DNA of 64,000 bases. Source: an uncultured Alphaproteobacteria bacterium (GTDB taxonomy: Bacteria > Pseudomonadota > Alphaproteobacteria > HIMB59 > GCA-002718135). The stretch covers positions 57,098 to 121,097 of the forward strand of contig CACJRY010000003.1 of assembly GCA_902595855.1 (NCBI GenBank), written 5' to 3'. The notes under the pieces were generated by a model that was not told the origin of the DNA, searched no databases, and was given only the letters and a program-made list of their open reading frames with translations. Position 1 is the first letter of the stretch; the number at the start of each line of letters is the position of its first letter. The translations under genes were made by a program, and so were the position numbers. Below are positions 29,191 through 37,198 of this stretch, one piece after another.

Positions 29191-30344
29191 TGTTTGGTGG
29201 AATAGAAAATTGTCATAACGTTAAAGATTTTAGAAAATTAGCTAAAAAAAAATTACCAAGTCCCATTTTTCATTACATTGATGGCGCGGCTGATGATGAG
29301 ATTACTTATAAAAGAAATACAGATTCTTTTGACTCATGCGATTTAGTTCCTAATGTTTTATCTGGAGTAGATAAAATTGACATGTCTACAACAGTTATGG
29401 GACAAAAAATTGATATACCTTTGTATTGTGCTCCAACTGCTCTTCAGCGATTATTTCATTATGAGGGTGAAATCGGTGTTGCTAAAGCGGCTGAAAAATA
29501 TGGCACCATGTTTGGCATTTCCTCTTTAGGTACAGCGAGTATTGAAGAAATATCAAATTTAGTATCAACACCAAAATTATTTCAATTATATGTTCATAAG
29601 GATGAGGGTCTAAACAAAGATCTAATTGATAGATGTAAAAACTCAAATTTTGAAGCTATGGCAGTAACAGTAGATACAGCTGTTGGAGGTAATAGAGAAA
29701 GAGATCTTAAAACAGGTTTTACAATACCAATGAAACTTTCTTTAAGTAGTGCTATTAGTTTTGCCACACACCCATCATGGGCCTTTAATTATTTTACAAA
29801 ACCTAAATGGGAATTAAGCAATTTAAAAAATCATATTGCAGCAGGAACAAGTGTAATGACAAGCATAGGTGATTATTTTACTCAGATGTTAAATAATTCT
29901 CTTGATTGGAAAGGAGTTGAAAAAATTAATAAAGAATGGGGCAAACAATTTGCTATTAAAGGAATTATGTCTGTAGAGGATGCAAAAAAAGCAGTTGATG
30001 TTGGAGCAACTGCAGTAATGGTTTCAAATCATGGAGGAAGGCAACTTGATGGATCAAGATCACCATTCGACCAACTTGCCGAAATAGTTGATGCTGTTGG
30101 TGATAAAATTGATGTTATTTGTGAGGGAGGAATTCGAAGAGGTACACACGTTTTAAAAGCTTTATCACTTGGAGCGAAAGCCTGTTCAGGAGGGAGAATG
30201 TATCTTTATGCATTGGCTGCCGGAGGACAAAAGGGAGTTGAAAAAACTTTATTTAATCTTAAAAATGAAATTGAAAGAGATATGAAATTAATGGGCGTTT
30301 CTTCAATTGATCAATTAACGCGAAAAAATTTAAAGTTTAGATAA
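29190..30344 (+). CDS. lldD: FMN-dependent alpha-hydroxy-acid dehydrogenase, L-lactate dehydrogenase-like
   Basis: 384 aa with the family block VSNHGGRQLDG. TAATG overlap with the hydrolase gene. L-lactate is the expected product of the upstream hydrolase. Confidence 0.7.
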   Translation: MFGGIENCHNVKDFRKLAKKKLPSPIFHYIDGAADDEITYKRNTDSFDSCDLVPNVLSGVDKIDMSTTVMGQKIDIPLYCAPTALQRLFHYEGEIGVAKAAEKYGTMFGISSLGTASIEEISNLVSTPKLFQLYVHKDEGLNKDLIDRCKNSNFEAMAVTVDTAVGGNRERDLKTGFTIPMKLSLSSAISFATHPSWAFNYFTKPKWELSNLKNHIAAGTSVMTSIGDYFTQMLNNSLDWKGVEKINKEWGKQFAIKGIMSVEDAKKAVDVGATAVMVSNHGGRQLDGSRSPFDQLAEIVDAVGDKIDVICEGGIRRGTHVLKALSLGAKACSGGRMYLYALAAGGQKGVEKTLFNLKNEIERDMKLMGVSSIDQLTRKNLKFR

Positions 30345-30387
30345 AATAAATATTTATTATTTTTAAAATTTATTCTACAATTTTTTT

Positions 30388-30708
30388 ATGAATTTAGAAA
30401 TAGAGCCAGTACATATTGGTCAGGAAGATGACATTGATGTTGGAAGTGTAGAAAATTTTGAACATGAGGAAATAGATTATGCTATTTTTCGCTTAGAGTC
30501 TGGCTTCTTTGCAACTCAAGGGCACTGCAATTGTGCAGACCAAGCCTTTTTAAGTGAAGCTAATGTTGAGGGGGAAGAGCTTGAGTGCGCTAGTTGTGGA
30601 AATACATTTAGTATAGTATCTGGAGATCCCATAAGTGATCCTGAATTACTAGCATTAAAAATTTTTGATATATATGAAGAGGATGGAGACATTTTTTTAA
30701 ATCTCTAA
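30388..30708 (+). CDS. small Rieske-fold-like protein with four Cys in place of the 2Cys/2His ligands
   Basis: 106 aa. The pattern is C47-N-C49-x17-C67-A-S-C70, spaced like the Rieske motif C-x-H-x15-17-C-x-x-H. Flanking sequence (YAIFRLESGFFATQGHC ... IFDIYEEDGDIFLNL) resembles Rieske-type ferredoxins. Confidence 0.5.
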   Translation: MNLEIEPVHIGQEDDIDVGSVENFEHEEIDYAIFRLESGFFATQGHCNCADQAFLSEANVEGEELECASCGNTFSIVSGDPISDPELLALKIFDIYEEDGDIFLNL

Positions 30709-31673
30709 GTTTTAATTTCTAATCTATTAACAATATTATCTGAATTTAATTTACTATCTTTATTTAAGAAATAAATAGTATTTTCAGCAGCTTCTATTGA
30801 CATCCTTTTTCTGCACTCTAATGTTAAAGCAGCATTGTGTGGTGAGAGTAATACATTAGGTAGTTTAAAAATCGGGTGATCTTTATTTGGTGGCTCTATC
30901 TGAAACACGTCCAAAGCTGCACCTCTTATTTTTTTTTCCTTGAGTGTTCTTTCTAAATATTTTTCATGAATAATTCCACCTCTTGCTGTATTAACAATAA
31001 TAGCTGTATCCTTCATAATTAAAAACTCATCTTCACTAATAAAGTTTTTAGTTTTATTATTTAATGGCAGATGTAAGGAAATATAATCAGCTAATTTTAA
31101 ACCTTCAATTTTATCAGATACTTGATACCCATATTTTTCTATTTCTTCTCTATCAATAAATGGATCAACAACATAAATATTCATATCAAAACCTTCACAT
31201 CTCTTCGCTACTTCTTTGCCGATCCTTCCAAAACCAAATATAACTGCATTTTTTTTAAATAATTCAAAAAAATTAGGCAGAGATGATTTCTCACTAAATC
31301 TACCTTCTCTCGTTAGTTTATCAGATAAATGAATATTTTTAGTTAGATATAAGAAGGAAGTTAAAACATGTTCTGCAACACTTATTGCATTAGATTTAGA
31401 AGTTATTCCAAGTGCAATTTTATTTTTATTTAAATATTCTAAATCGACATTATCATATCCGACTCCATGTCTTGTTATAATTTTTAAATTATTACAGTAT
31501 TCAAGAACTTCAGAATGCAAATTTGCAGTCCGTAGAATTATACCATCAACGTTTATTAATTCTTTTTTAAGATTTTCTTCTTCAAAATCGTTAATTTCAA
31601 AGCAATCAAAATTCTCTTTTTTCAGGATTTGCCATCCATCTTCATGAATTTCTCCCATTATTGCTATTTTCAT
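30705..31673 (-). CDS. D-isomer-specific 2-hydroxyacid dehydrogenase
   Basis: 322 aa with blocks GFGRIGKEVAKR, ARGGIIHEKYL, DVFQIEPP and SPHNAALT. Confidence 0.85.
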   Translation of the reverse strand: MKIAIMGEIHEDGWQILKKENFDCFEINDFEEENLKKELINVDGIILRTANLHSEVLEYCNNLKIITRHGVGYDNVDLEYLNKNKIALGITSKSNAISVAEHVLTSFLYLTKNIHLSDKLTREGRFSEKSSLPNFFELFKKNAVIFGFGRIGKEVAKRCEGFDMNIYVVDPFIDREEIEKYGYQVSDKIEGLKLADYISLHLPLNNKTKNFISEDEFLIMKDTAIIVNTARGGIIHEKYLERTLKEKKIRGAALDVFQIEPPNKDHPIFKLPNVLLSPHNAALTLECRKRMSIEAAENTIYFLNKDSKLNSDNIVNRLEIKT

Positions 31674-31794
31674 TGTTTTTTTATAATATTTTAATTGTTA
31701 AATTGAAATCATTTGTAACAAAAAAAATTAAATAAATAACTATTCTAAAAATTATTTTTCTTGTAGAAAAGTTATAAACTATATTGAGGAAGAT

Positions 31795-33639
31795 ATGAAA
31801 ACTATAAAATTATCATGTTCGCACGCTTTATTAAAATATTTAATTGCACAAAAAATAATAATTGATGGAAAAAAAGCTCCCTTATTTCCTGGTGCTTTTG
31901 GTATTTATGGGCATGGTAATGTTGCTTGTATTGGTCAAGCAATGGAAGAATTTCAATCTGATTTGCCAGGATATCGTGGGCACCACGAACAAAACATGGC
32001 TTTAACTGGAATTGGTTATTCAAGAGCCATGCGTCGCAAACAAATATTTATTGCTACTTCGTCTGTTGGTCCTGGATCAACAAATATGGTTACTGCTGCT
32101 GCTGTAGCTTTGAGTAATAGATTGCCTCTTCTCTTAATACCAGGTGATACTTTTTCTAGTAGGTTTCCAGATCCTGTTTTGCAACAAGTTGAAAACTTTA
32201 ATTCTCCTACTGAAACACAAAATGATGCATTTAAGTCTGTTTCAAGATATTTTGACCGCATTACAAGACCAGAACAAATTTTATCTTCACTTCCACAAGC
32301 TATTCAAGTTATGTTAGATCCTGCGGATTGTGGGCCTGCAACAATTTCAATGTCCCAAGATGTGCAAGGTGAAGTTTATGATTATCCAGAAGTTTTTTTT
32401 GAAGAAAAAATTCATCAAATAAGAAGAATTTATCCAGATCCTGATCAGTTAAAAGTTGCTGTAGAAAAAATTAAACAATCAACACAGCCAATTATTATAT
32501 CTGGAGGAGGAGTTTTATATTCAGAGGCAGAAAAAGAATTATCTGATTTTGCTAAAAAACATAACATTCCAGTTACATCAACTGTTATGGGAATTGGCTG
32601 TATGACTCATGACAACCCATACTACATTAGTGCGATTGGATGTTTGGGAGAAGGTTCATCGAATAATTTATCTAAAGATACCGATTTAGCTATTGCAATT
32701 GGTACAAAATTAGCGGATTTTACAACAGGTTCGTGGACAAATTTCCAAAATCCAGATTTCAATTTAGTTTCAATTAACACATCAAGATTTGATACAACAA
32801 AACATAGAGCTGCACCCATAGTAAGTGATGCTAAAATTGGCTTACAACAATTATCGGAAGCCCTTGGTGATTGGAAAGCTCCCAATAAATGGTATGAAAT
32901 AGCTATTGAGGAAAGAAAAAAATGGGACTCATATGTTCAAAAAGAAAGCGGTCCTACTAATCAAGAAGTTCCTTCCTATGCTCATGCGGTAGGAGCTGTA
33001 TATCGAAATGCGGATCCTTCAGACATTGTTGTTACTGCTGCAGGTGGTTTAGTTGGTGAGGTTGTTCAAATTTGGAAACCCAAACAATTAAATACTTTTG
33101 AAACAGAATGGGGCTTCAGCTGTATGGGTTATGAAATTTCAGGAGCACTTGGAATTAAAATGGCTAAACCTGATCAAGATGTAGTAGTCTTTGTTGGTGA
33201 TGGATCATATCTTTTACACAACAGTGATATTTATAGTTCTGTTTTATACGATCAAAAATTAATTATTGTAGTTTGTGATAATGGAGGCCACATGGTTATA
33301 AACAGATTACAACTAGCTAAAGGTGGAAAAGAATATATCTGTAATTTGAGAGCTGCGAGAGCAAAAAATTTACAATTTGTTGATTTTGAGTCACACGCAA
33401 AAAGTATGGGCGCTAACTCTGAGAGAGTTAAATCTACATCTGAACTTGAAGCTGCATTTAAAAGAGCAAAAGACTCAGATAAAACATATGTAATTGTTAT
33501 GGAAACTCATGGTTATGAATGGCTAGATGGAACTGCATTTTGGGAGAGCCCAACCTTGATGAATGCGACAAATGAAAACACCAAAAAAGCTCTTGCAGAG
33601 CACACGGAGGGTAAGAGCAAGCAGAGAAAAGGAGTTTAG
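31795..33639 (+). CDS. iolD: IolD-like TPP-dependent 3D-(3,5/4)-trihydroxycyclohexane-1,2-dione hydrolase
   Basis: 614 aa, co-linear by eye with B. subtilis IolD (GHGNV, STSSVGPGSTNMVTAAA, PDPVLQQVE, SRYFDRITRPEQ, ISMSQDVQGE). TPP motif GDGSYLLHNSDIY...CDNGG. RBS GAGGAAG. Confidence 0.85.
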   Translation: MKTIKLSCSHALLKYLIAQKIIIDGKKAPLFPGAFGIYGHGNVACIGQAMEEFQSDLPGYRGHHEQNMALTGIGYSRAMRRKQIFIATSSVGPGSTNMVTAAAVALSNRLPLLLIPGDTFSSRFPDPVLQQVENFNSPTETQNDAFKSVSRYFDRITRPEQILSSLPQAIQVMLDPADCGPATISMSQDVQGEVYDYPEVFFEEKIHQIRRIYPDPDQLKVAVEKIKQSTQPIIISGGGVLYSEAEKELSDFAKKHNIPVTSTVMGIGCMTHDNPYYISAIGCLGEGSSNNLSKDTDLAIAIGTKLADFTTGSWTNFQNPDFNLVSINTSRFDTTKHRAAPIVSDAKIGLQQLSEALGDWKAPNKWYEIAIEERKKWDSYVQKESGPTNQEVPSYAHAVGAVYRNADPSDIVVTAAGGLVGEVVQIWKPKQLNTFETEWGFSCMGYEISGALGIKMAKPDQDVVVFVGDGSYLLHNSDIYSSVLYDQKLIIVVCDNGGHMVINRLQLAKGGKEYICNLRAARAKNLQFVDFESHAKSMGANSERVKSTSELEAAFKRAKDSDKTYVIVMETHGYEWLDGTAFWESPTLMNATNENTKKALAEHTEGKSKQRKGV

Positions 33640-33726
33640 CTCAGAAAGCTTGAAATTGCTTATTTTTCATATTCTAAAAAAAATAACTCGTCTTTACTTT
33701 CTATGATAAAATTTATTATTTTTTAG

Positions 33727-33738
33727 TAAAACGTTTTA
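33727..33738. promoter_or_regulatory. perfect 12-bp palindrome TAAAACGTTTTA upstream of the binding-protein gene (LacI-type operator-like core AACGTT)
   Basis: Read directly from the sequence, about 100 nt upstream of the ATG at 33837 in the longest intergenic spacer of the window. No LacI-family gene is present in the window. Confidence 0.3.
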
Positions 33739-33836
33739 TTAATTAACAACATTTTTCAATTTATACTTGATTTACTTATTGCTCTGAATATTAGTAAATG
33801 GTTAATTATTAATAATTTAACTATTTAGGAGGAAAT

Positions 33837-34742
33837 ATGAAAAAATTTCTACTTTCAATTGTGGCTCTAGTATTCATTACTAGTTCTGCGTACGCTGAGA
33901 GATACGTAATGGTAACTCACGGTGAAGGAAAAGACCCTTTTTGGCCGGTAGTTCAAAAAGGTGGTGAAGATGCAGCTCGTGCAATCGGTGCTGACTTTGA
34001 ATATATATACAACCCTTCTGCTGATATGGCTGATATGGCTAGCTCAATTCAAGCTGCTGCGGCAACTCAACCAGATGGTATGGTAATTTCACTTCCAGAT
34101 CCAGATGCTTTAGGCCCAGCTATTAAAGCTGCTGTTGCAGCTGGTGTTCCAGTAATCACTATGAACTCCGGTTTAGAAAACTCTGCTGCACTTGGTGCCC
34201 TTATGCACGTTGGACAGCCAGAATATCTTGCTGGTCAAAAAGCTGGTGAAAGAGCAAAAGCAGAAGGTGCAACAAAAGCACTTTGTATGATTCAAGAAGC
34301 ATATAATACGGCTCTTGTAGATAGATGTGAAGGTTATGGTGAAGCAGTTCCTATGGAATTCACTGACACTACTTCAGACCCTGCTACTATTCAAACTCGT
34401 GCTACTGCTGCATTACAAGCAAATAGTGATGTTGACGCTATTCTTTCAGTAGGACCTCATGTTTGTGAAGCTGTTGATAAAGCAGTTGCTGATCTTGGTA
34501 TGACAGTTCACCATGCTTGTTTTGATTTAAGTCCTGCAGTTATGGACCTAATCAATGCTGGTAGAGTGTCTTTCACTATTGACCAACAACAAAGATTACA
34601 GGGTTATATGCCAATTATCGTATTACACCTTTATAATAACAGTGCTGGACTTCTTCCAGGAGCTAACATCCCTTCAGGACCAGGCTTCGTTGATAAGTCA
34701 AACGCTTCTTCAGTTGCTGCTCTTGCAGGAATTGATAGATAG
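33837..34742 (+). CDS. periplasmic sugar-binding protein, CUT2 (ribose/fructose-type, Peripla_BP) family
   Basis: 301 aa with signal peptide MKKFLLSIVALVFITSSAYA and a strong RBS AGGAGG. The protein is Ala-rich and the gene is visibly GC-richer, with biased codon use suggesting high expression. Confidence 0.85.
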   Translation: MKKFLLSIVALVFITSSAYAERYVMVTHGEGKDPFWPVVQKGGEDAARAIGADFEYIYNPSADMADMASSIQAAAATQPDGMVISLPDPDALGPAIKAAVAAGVPVITMNSGLENSAALGALMHVGQPEYLAGQKAGERAKAEGATKALCMIQEAYNTALVDRCEGYGEAVPMEFTDTTSDPATIQTRATAALQANSDVDAILSVGPHVCEAVDKAVADLGMTVHHACFDLSPAVMDLINAGRVSFTIDQQQRLQGYMPIIVLHLYNNSAGLLPGANIPSGPGFVDKSNASSVAALAGIDR

Positions 34743-34755
34743 TTTATTAGTTTAA

Positions 34756-34781
34756 GGGCCGATTAATCGGCCCTTTTTTTT
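34756..34781 (+). terminator. intrinsic terminator/attenuator between the binding-protein and permease genes
   Basis: GGGCCGA-TTAA-TCGGCCC stem-loop followed by eight T. It starts 14 nt after the SBP stop and ends 8 nt before the permease ATG. Confidence 0.8.
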
Positions 34782-34789
34782 ATTTATAA

Positions 34790-36385
34790 ATGAATACATC
34801 AACTTCAAATCAACCTAGACAAGAGTCGGATCGACAAGGTCAAAAAAAATGGTATTCCGCTATTACATCACGTCCAGAAATTGGCCCGTTTGGAGTAATG
34901 CTTTTACTTTTCTTTATGTTAGGATACTTCTCTATTCCAGAGGGGCAATTTTCTCTCAACCCATTTGCTGGAGAAGGTTTTAATGCTCTAGGTATAAGAA
35001 ATAATTTTAGAGTTATTGCACAGCTTGGTATAGTTGCTCTTGGAGCTGGGATGCTGATCATTGCTGGTGAATTCGATTTATCAGTTGGGTCTATGATAGG
35101 TTTTGCTGGTGGATGTATGGCGATGATACTCAAATGGGGATTTGCAGTAGTTATTCCTTATATCTCTTTTGACGGCGGTTTTCATTTTGAAGGTTTAAAA
35201 ATATTTGAAATTACAAATGTCTCCCCTTTAACAGCTTTACTAATTACATTGTGTTTTACACTAGCATTTGGTTGGTTTCAGGGATGGCTTATCGTAAAAA
35301 GTGGAATAGCATCTTTTATTGTTACACTAGGTGGATTGTTTTTTTTAAGAGGGGTCACAGAAGTTTCTTACAGAGCATTTAATCGTGCTCCTGATCAAAC
35401 AGCAGGTTCTACAACAGTAACAGAACTTCCAGATATAAAAAATATCATTAATGTTCCAGGACATGGAGAAATGGAAAGAGATGCAGCTAAGATGTTGCCA
35501 AATGATCAGCTATTAGAAATATTGAGTAATGTTCCAGCCAATACTGTTGCCAAGTTAACGGAACAACTCACTTATATAAATGAAAAAGTTGCAGCTAGTA
35601 AGACTGCTCTAGCTTCTAAAAAAATGATTGATACACTAGAAAACTCTCTTGCTGGTGCAAAAAAATCAGGAAATGACTCCATGGTAGAAATTTTGACAAA
35701 AAAAATTGAAGCTGGTGTTGAAGTTCCTGCAGTTGCTGCAAAAGCAGTGACTGATATAGATATAGCAAAAGCTTACATTGATACAATTTATACTGCTAGA
35801 CCTGTAGCAAATTTTTTTGGTGGCGATATTATGGAGCCTGTTTTTGATTGGTTGTACTTTACAGCAGATTGGAATGTAAATAATTATGGAAATATTTTTG
35901 CAAAAGGAATGTATTCATGTTTAATGATATGGTTGCTTTTAGCATTAGTTTGTTATTTTGTATTAAGTAGAACACAAGCTGGTAACTGGATTTATTCAAC
36001 AGGAGGAAATCTTAGTGCAGCTCAAGCCAATGGTGTTCCAACAAACAAAGTTAAAATTTCCTTATTTATGTTTACAGCATTCTGTGCAACCATGTTCGCT
36101 GCTTGTCAAGTATTTGAAGTTAACACAGCTGATACAGCTAAAGGTAATTTAAAGGAATTAGAGGCAATTGCTGCGGCTGTTATTGGTGGCGTTGTACTTA
36201 CTGGAGGTTTTGGAACAATACTAGGGATCATCCTAGGGACAATTATTTTTGGTATAGCAAAAGAAGCCTTCTTTTATATTCCTGGCATTGATGGATCTTT
36301 CTACAGAGTATTCCTTGGCGCAGTACTTGTTGCCGCTGCCCTAACAAATGAGAATATTAGGAAAAGAATAATAGGTAGCATTTAA
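34790..36385 (+). CDS. CUT2-type ABC sugar permease (RbsC/FrcC-like) with a large inserted hydrophilic loop
   Basis: 531 aa. Typical family blocks: AGEFDLSVGS, GGNLSAAQANGVPTNKVK, LEAIAAAVIGGVVLTGGFGT. Residues about 198-373 between hydrophobic segments 5 and 6 are hydrophilic. Confidence 0.85.
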   Translation: MNTSTSNQPRQESDRQGQKKWYSAITSRPEIGPFGVMLLLFFMLGYFSIPEGQFSLNPFAGEGFNALGIRNNFRVIAQLGIVALGAGMLIIAGEFDLSVGSMIGFAGGCMAMILKWGFAVVIPYISFDGGFHFEGLKIFEITNVSPLTALLITLCFTLAFGWFQGWLIVKSGIASFIVTLGGLFFLRGVTEVSYRAFNRAPDQTAGSTTVTELPDIKNIINVPGHGEMERDAAKMLPNDQLLEILSNVPANTVAKLTEQLTYINEKVAASKTALASKKMIDTLENSLAGAKKSGNDSMVEILTKKIEAGVEVPAVAAKAVTDIDIAKAYIDTIYTARPVANFFGGDIMEPVFDWLYFTADWNVNNYGNIFAKGMYSCLMIWLLLALVCYFVLSRTQAGNWIYSTGGNLSAAQANGVPTNKVKISLFMFTAFCATMFAACQVFEVNTADTAKGNLKELEAIAAAVIGGVVLTGGFGTILGIILGTIIFGIAKEAFFYIPGIDGSFYRVFLGAVLVAAALTNENIRKRIIGSI

Positions 36386-37164
36386 TGGAAAGAAAACCAC
36401 TAATAGAAATAAAAGATTTAGTTAAAAAATTTGGATCTTTTACGGCTTTAAATGGTGTTTCTTTAGATGTTTATCCAGGTGAGGTTCATGCACTCTTAGG
36501 AGATAATGGTGCAGGTAAATCAACCTTAATTAAGGTGCTTTCAGGAGTTCACCCAATGACAAGCGGAGAAATTAAAGTTGATGGAGATACAGTCAATTTT
36601 ACTTCTCCTAGACAAGCTTCTGATGCAGGTATTGGAACTGTTTATCAAGACTTGGCATTGAATGCTTTAACATCTGTTACTAGAAATTTTTTTCTTGGTC
36701 GAGAGATTAAAAAAGGACCAGGCCCATTTGGTTTAATGCAAATGGACGAGATGGATAAAATAACTTCCGAAGAAATGTCAAAAATTGGAATAAATATATC
36801 TGACCTAAATCAACCAGTGGGAACGATGTCTGGTGGTCAAAGGCAAACTTTGGCAATTGCAAGAGCAATTTATTTTGGTGCTAAAATATTAATATTAGAT
36901 GAACCTACATCCGCGTTAGGTCAAAAGCAGCAAATGGAAGTTTTAAAAACTATAAAAAAAGTTCAACGTCTTGGAAATATTGCAATCATATTAATCACAC
37001 ACAATGAAATTCATGCACGCCTAATAGCTGATCGATATACTTTTTTAAGTTTAGGTGAAGTAATTGGTTCAGGATTGTCCTCTGAACTTGGCGGTGAAGA
37101 TGTTAAGAGATTGATGGCTGGTGGTGCAGAAATTGGCGATCTTGCTAAAGAATTAGAATTATAG
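36385..37164 (+). CDS. ABC transporter ATP-binding protein, single-NBD CUT2 type (FrcA-like)
   Basis: 259 aa with Walker A GDNGAGKST, signature MSGGQRQ and Walker B ILILDEPTSAL. It overlaps the permease gene by 1 nt. Confidence 0.88.
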   Translation: MERKPLIEIKDLVKKFGSFTALNGVSLDVYPGEVHALLGDNGAGKSTLIKVLSGVHPMTSGEIKVDGDTVNFTSPRQASDAGIGTVYQDLALNALTSVTRNFFLGREIKKGPGPFGLMQMDEMDKITSEEMSKIGINISDLNQPVGTMSGGQRQTLAIARAIYFGAKILILDEPTSALGQKQQMEVLKTIKKVQRLGNIAIILITHNEIHARLIADRYTFLSLGEVIGSGLSSELGGEDVKRLMAGGAEIGDLAKELEL

Positions 37165-37198
37165 TTTTTTTTTATTTTTTTTCATTTAAAATTTATCA

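Noticed and set aside
33640-33836. The longest intergenic region (197 nt), examined for a riboswitch, sRNA or tRNA.
   Set aside because: It is almost entirely A/T, with no GC-rich helices or conserved riboswitch cores. The only notable element is the 12-bp palindrome listed as a candidate operator.
33837-34742. Visibly higher GC content of the CUT2 binding-protein gene, and of the cta genes at 59292-64000, considered as a sign of recent horizontal transfer.
   Set aside because: The effect is explained by the Ala/Gly-rich protein composition and by the codon bias expected for very highly expressed SBP and respiratory genes. The flanking genes of the same operons have normal composition, and there are no mobility genes or repeats.
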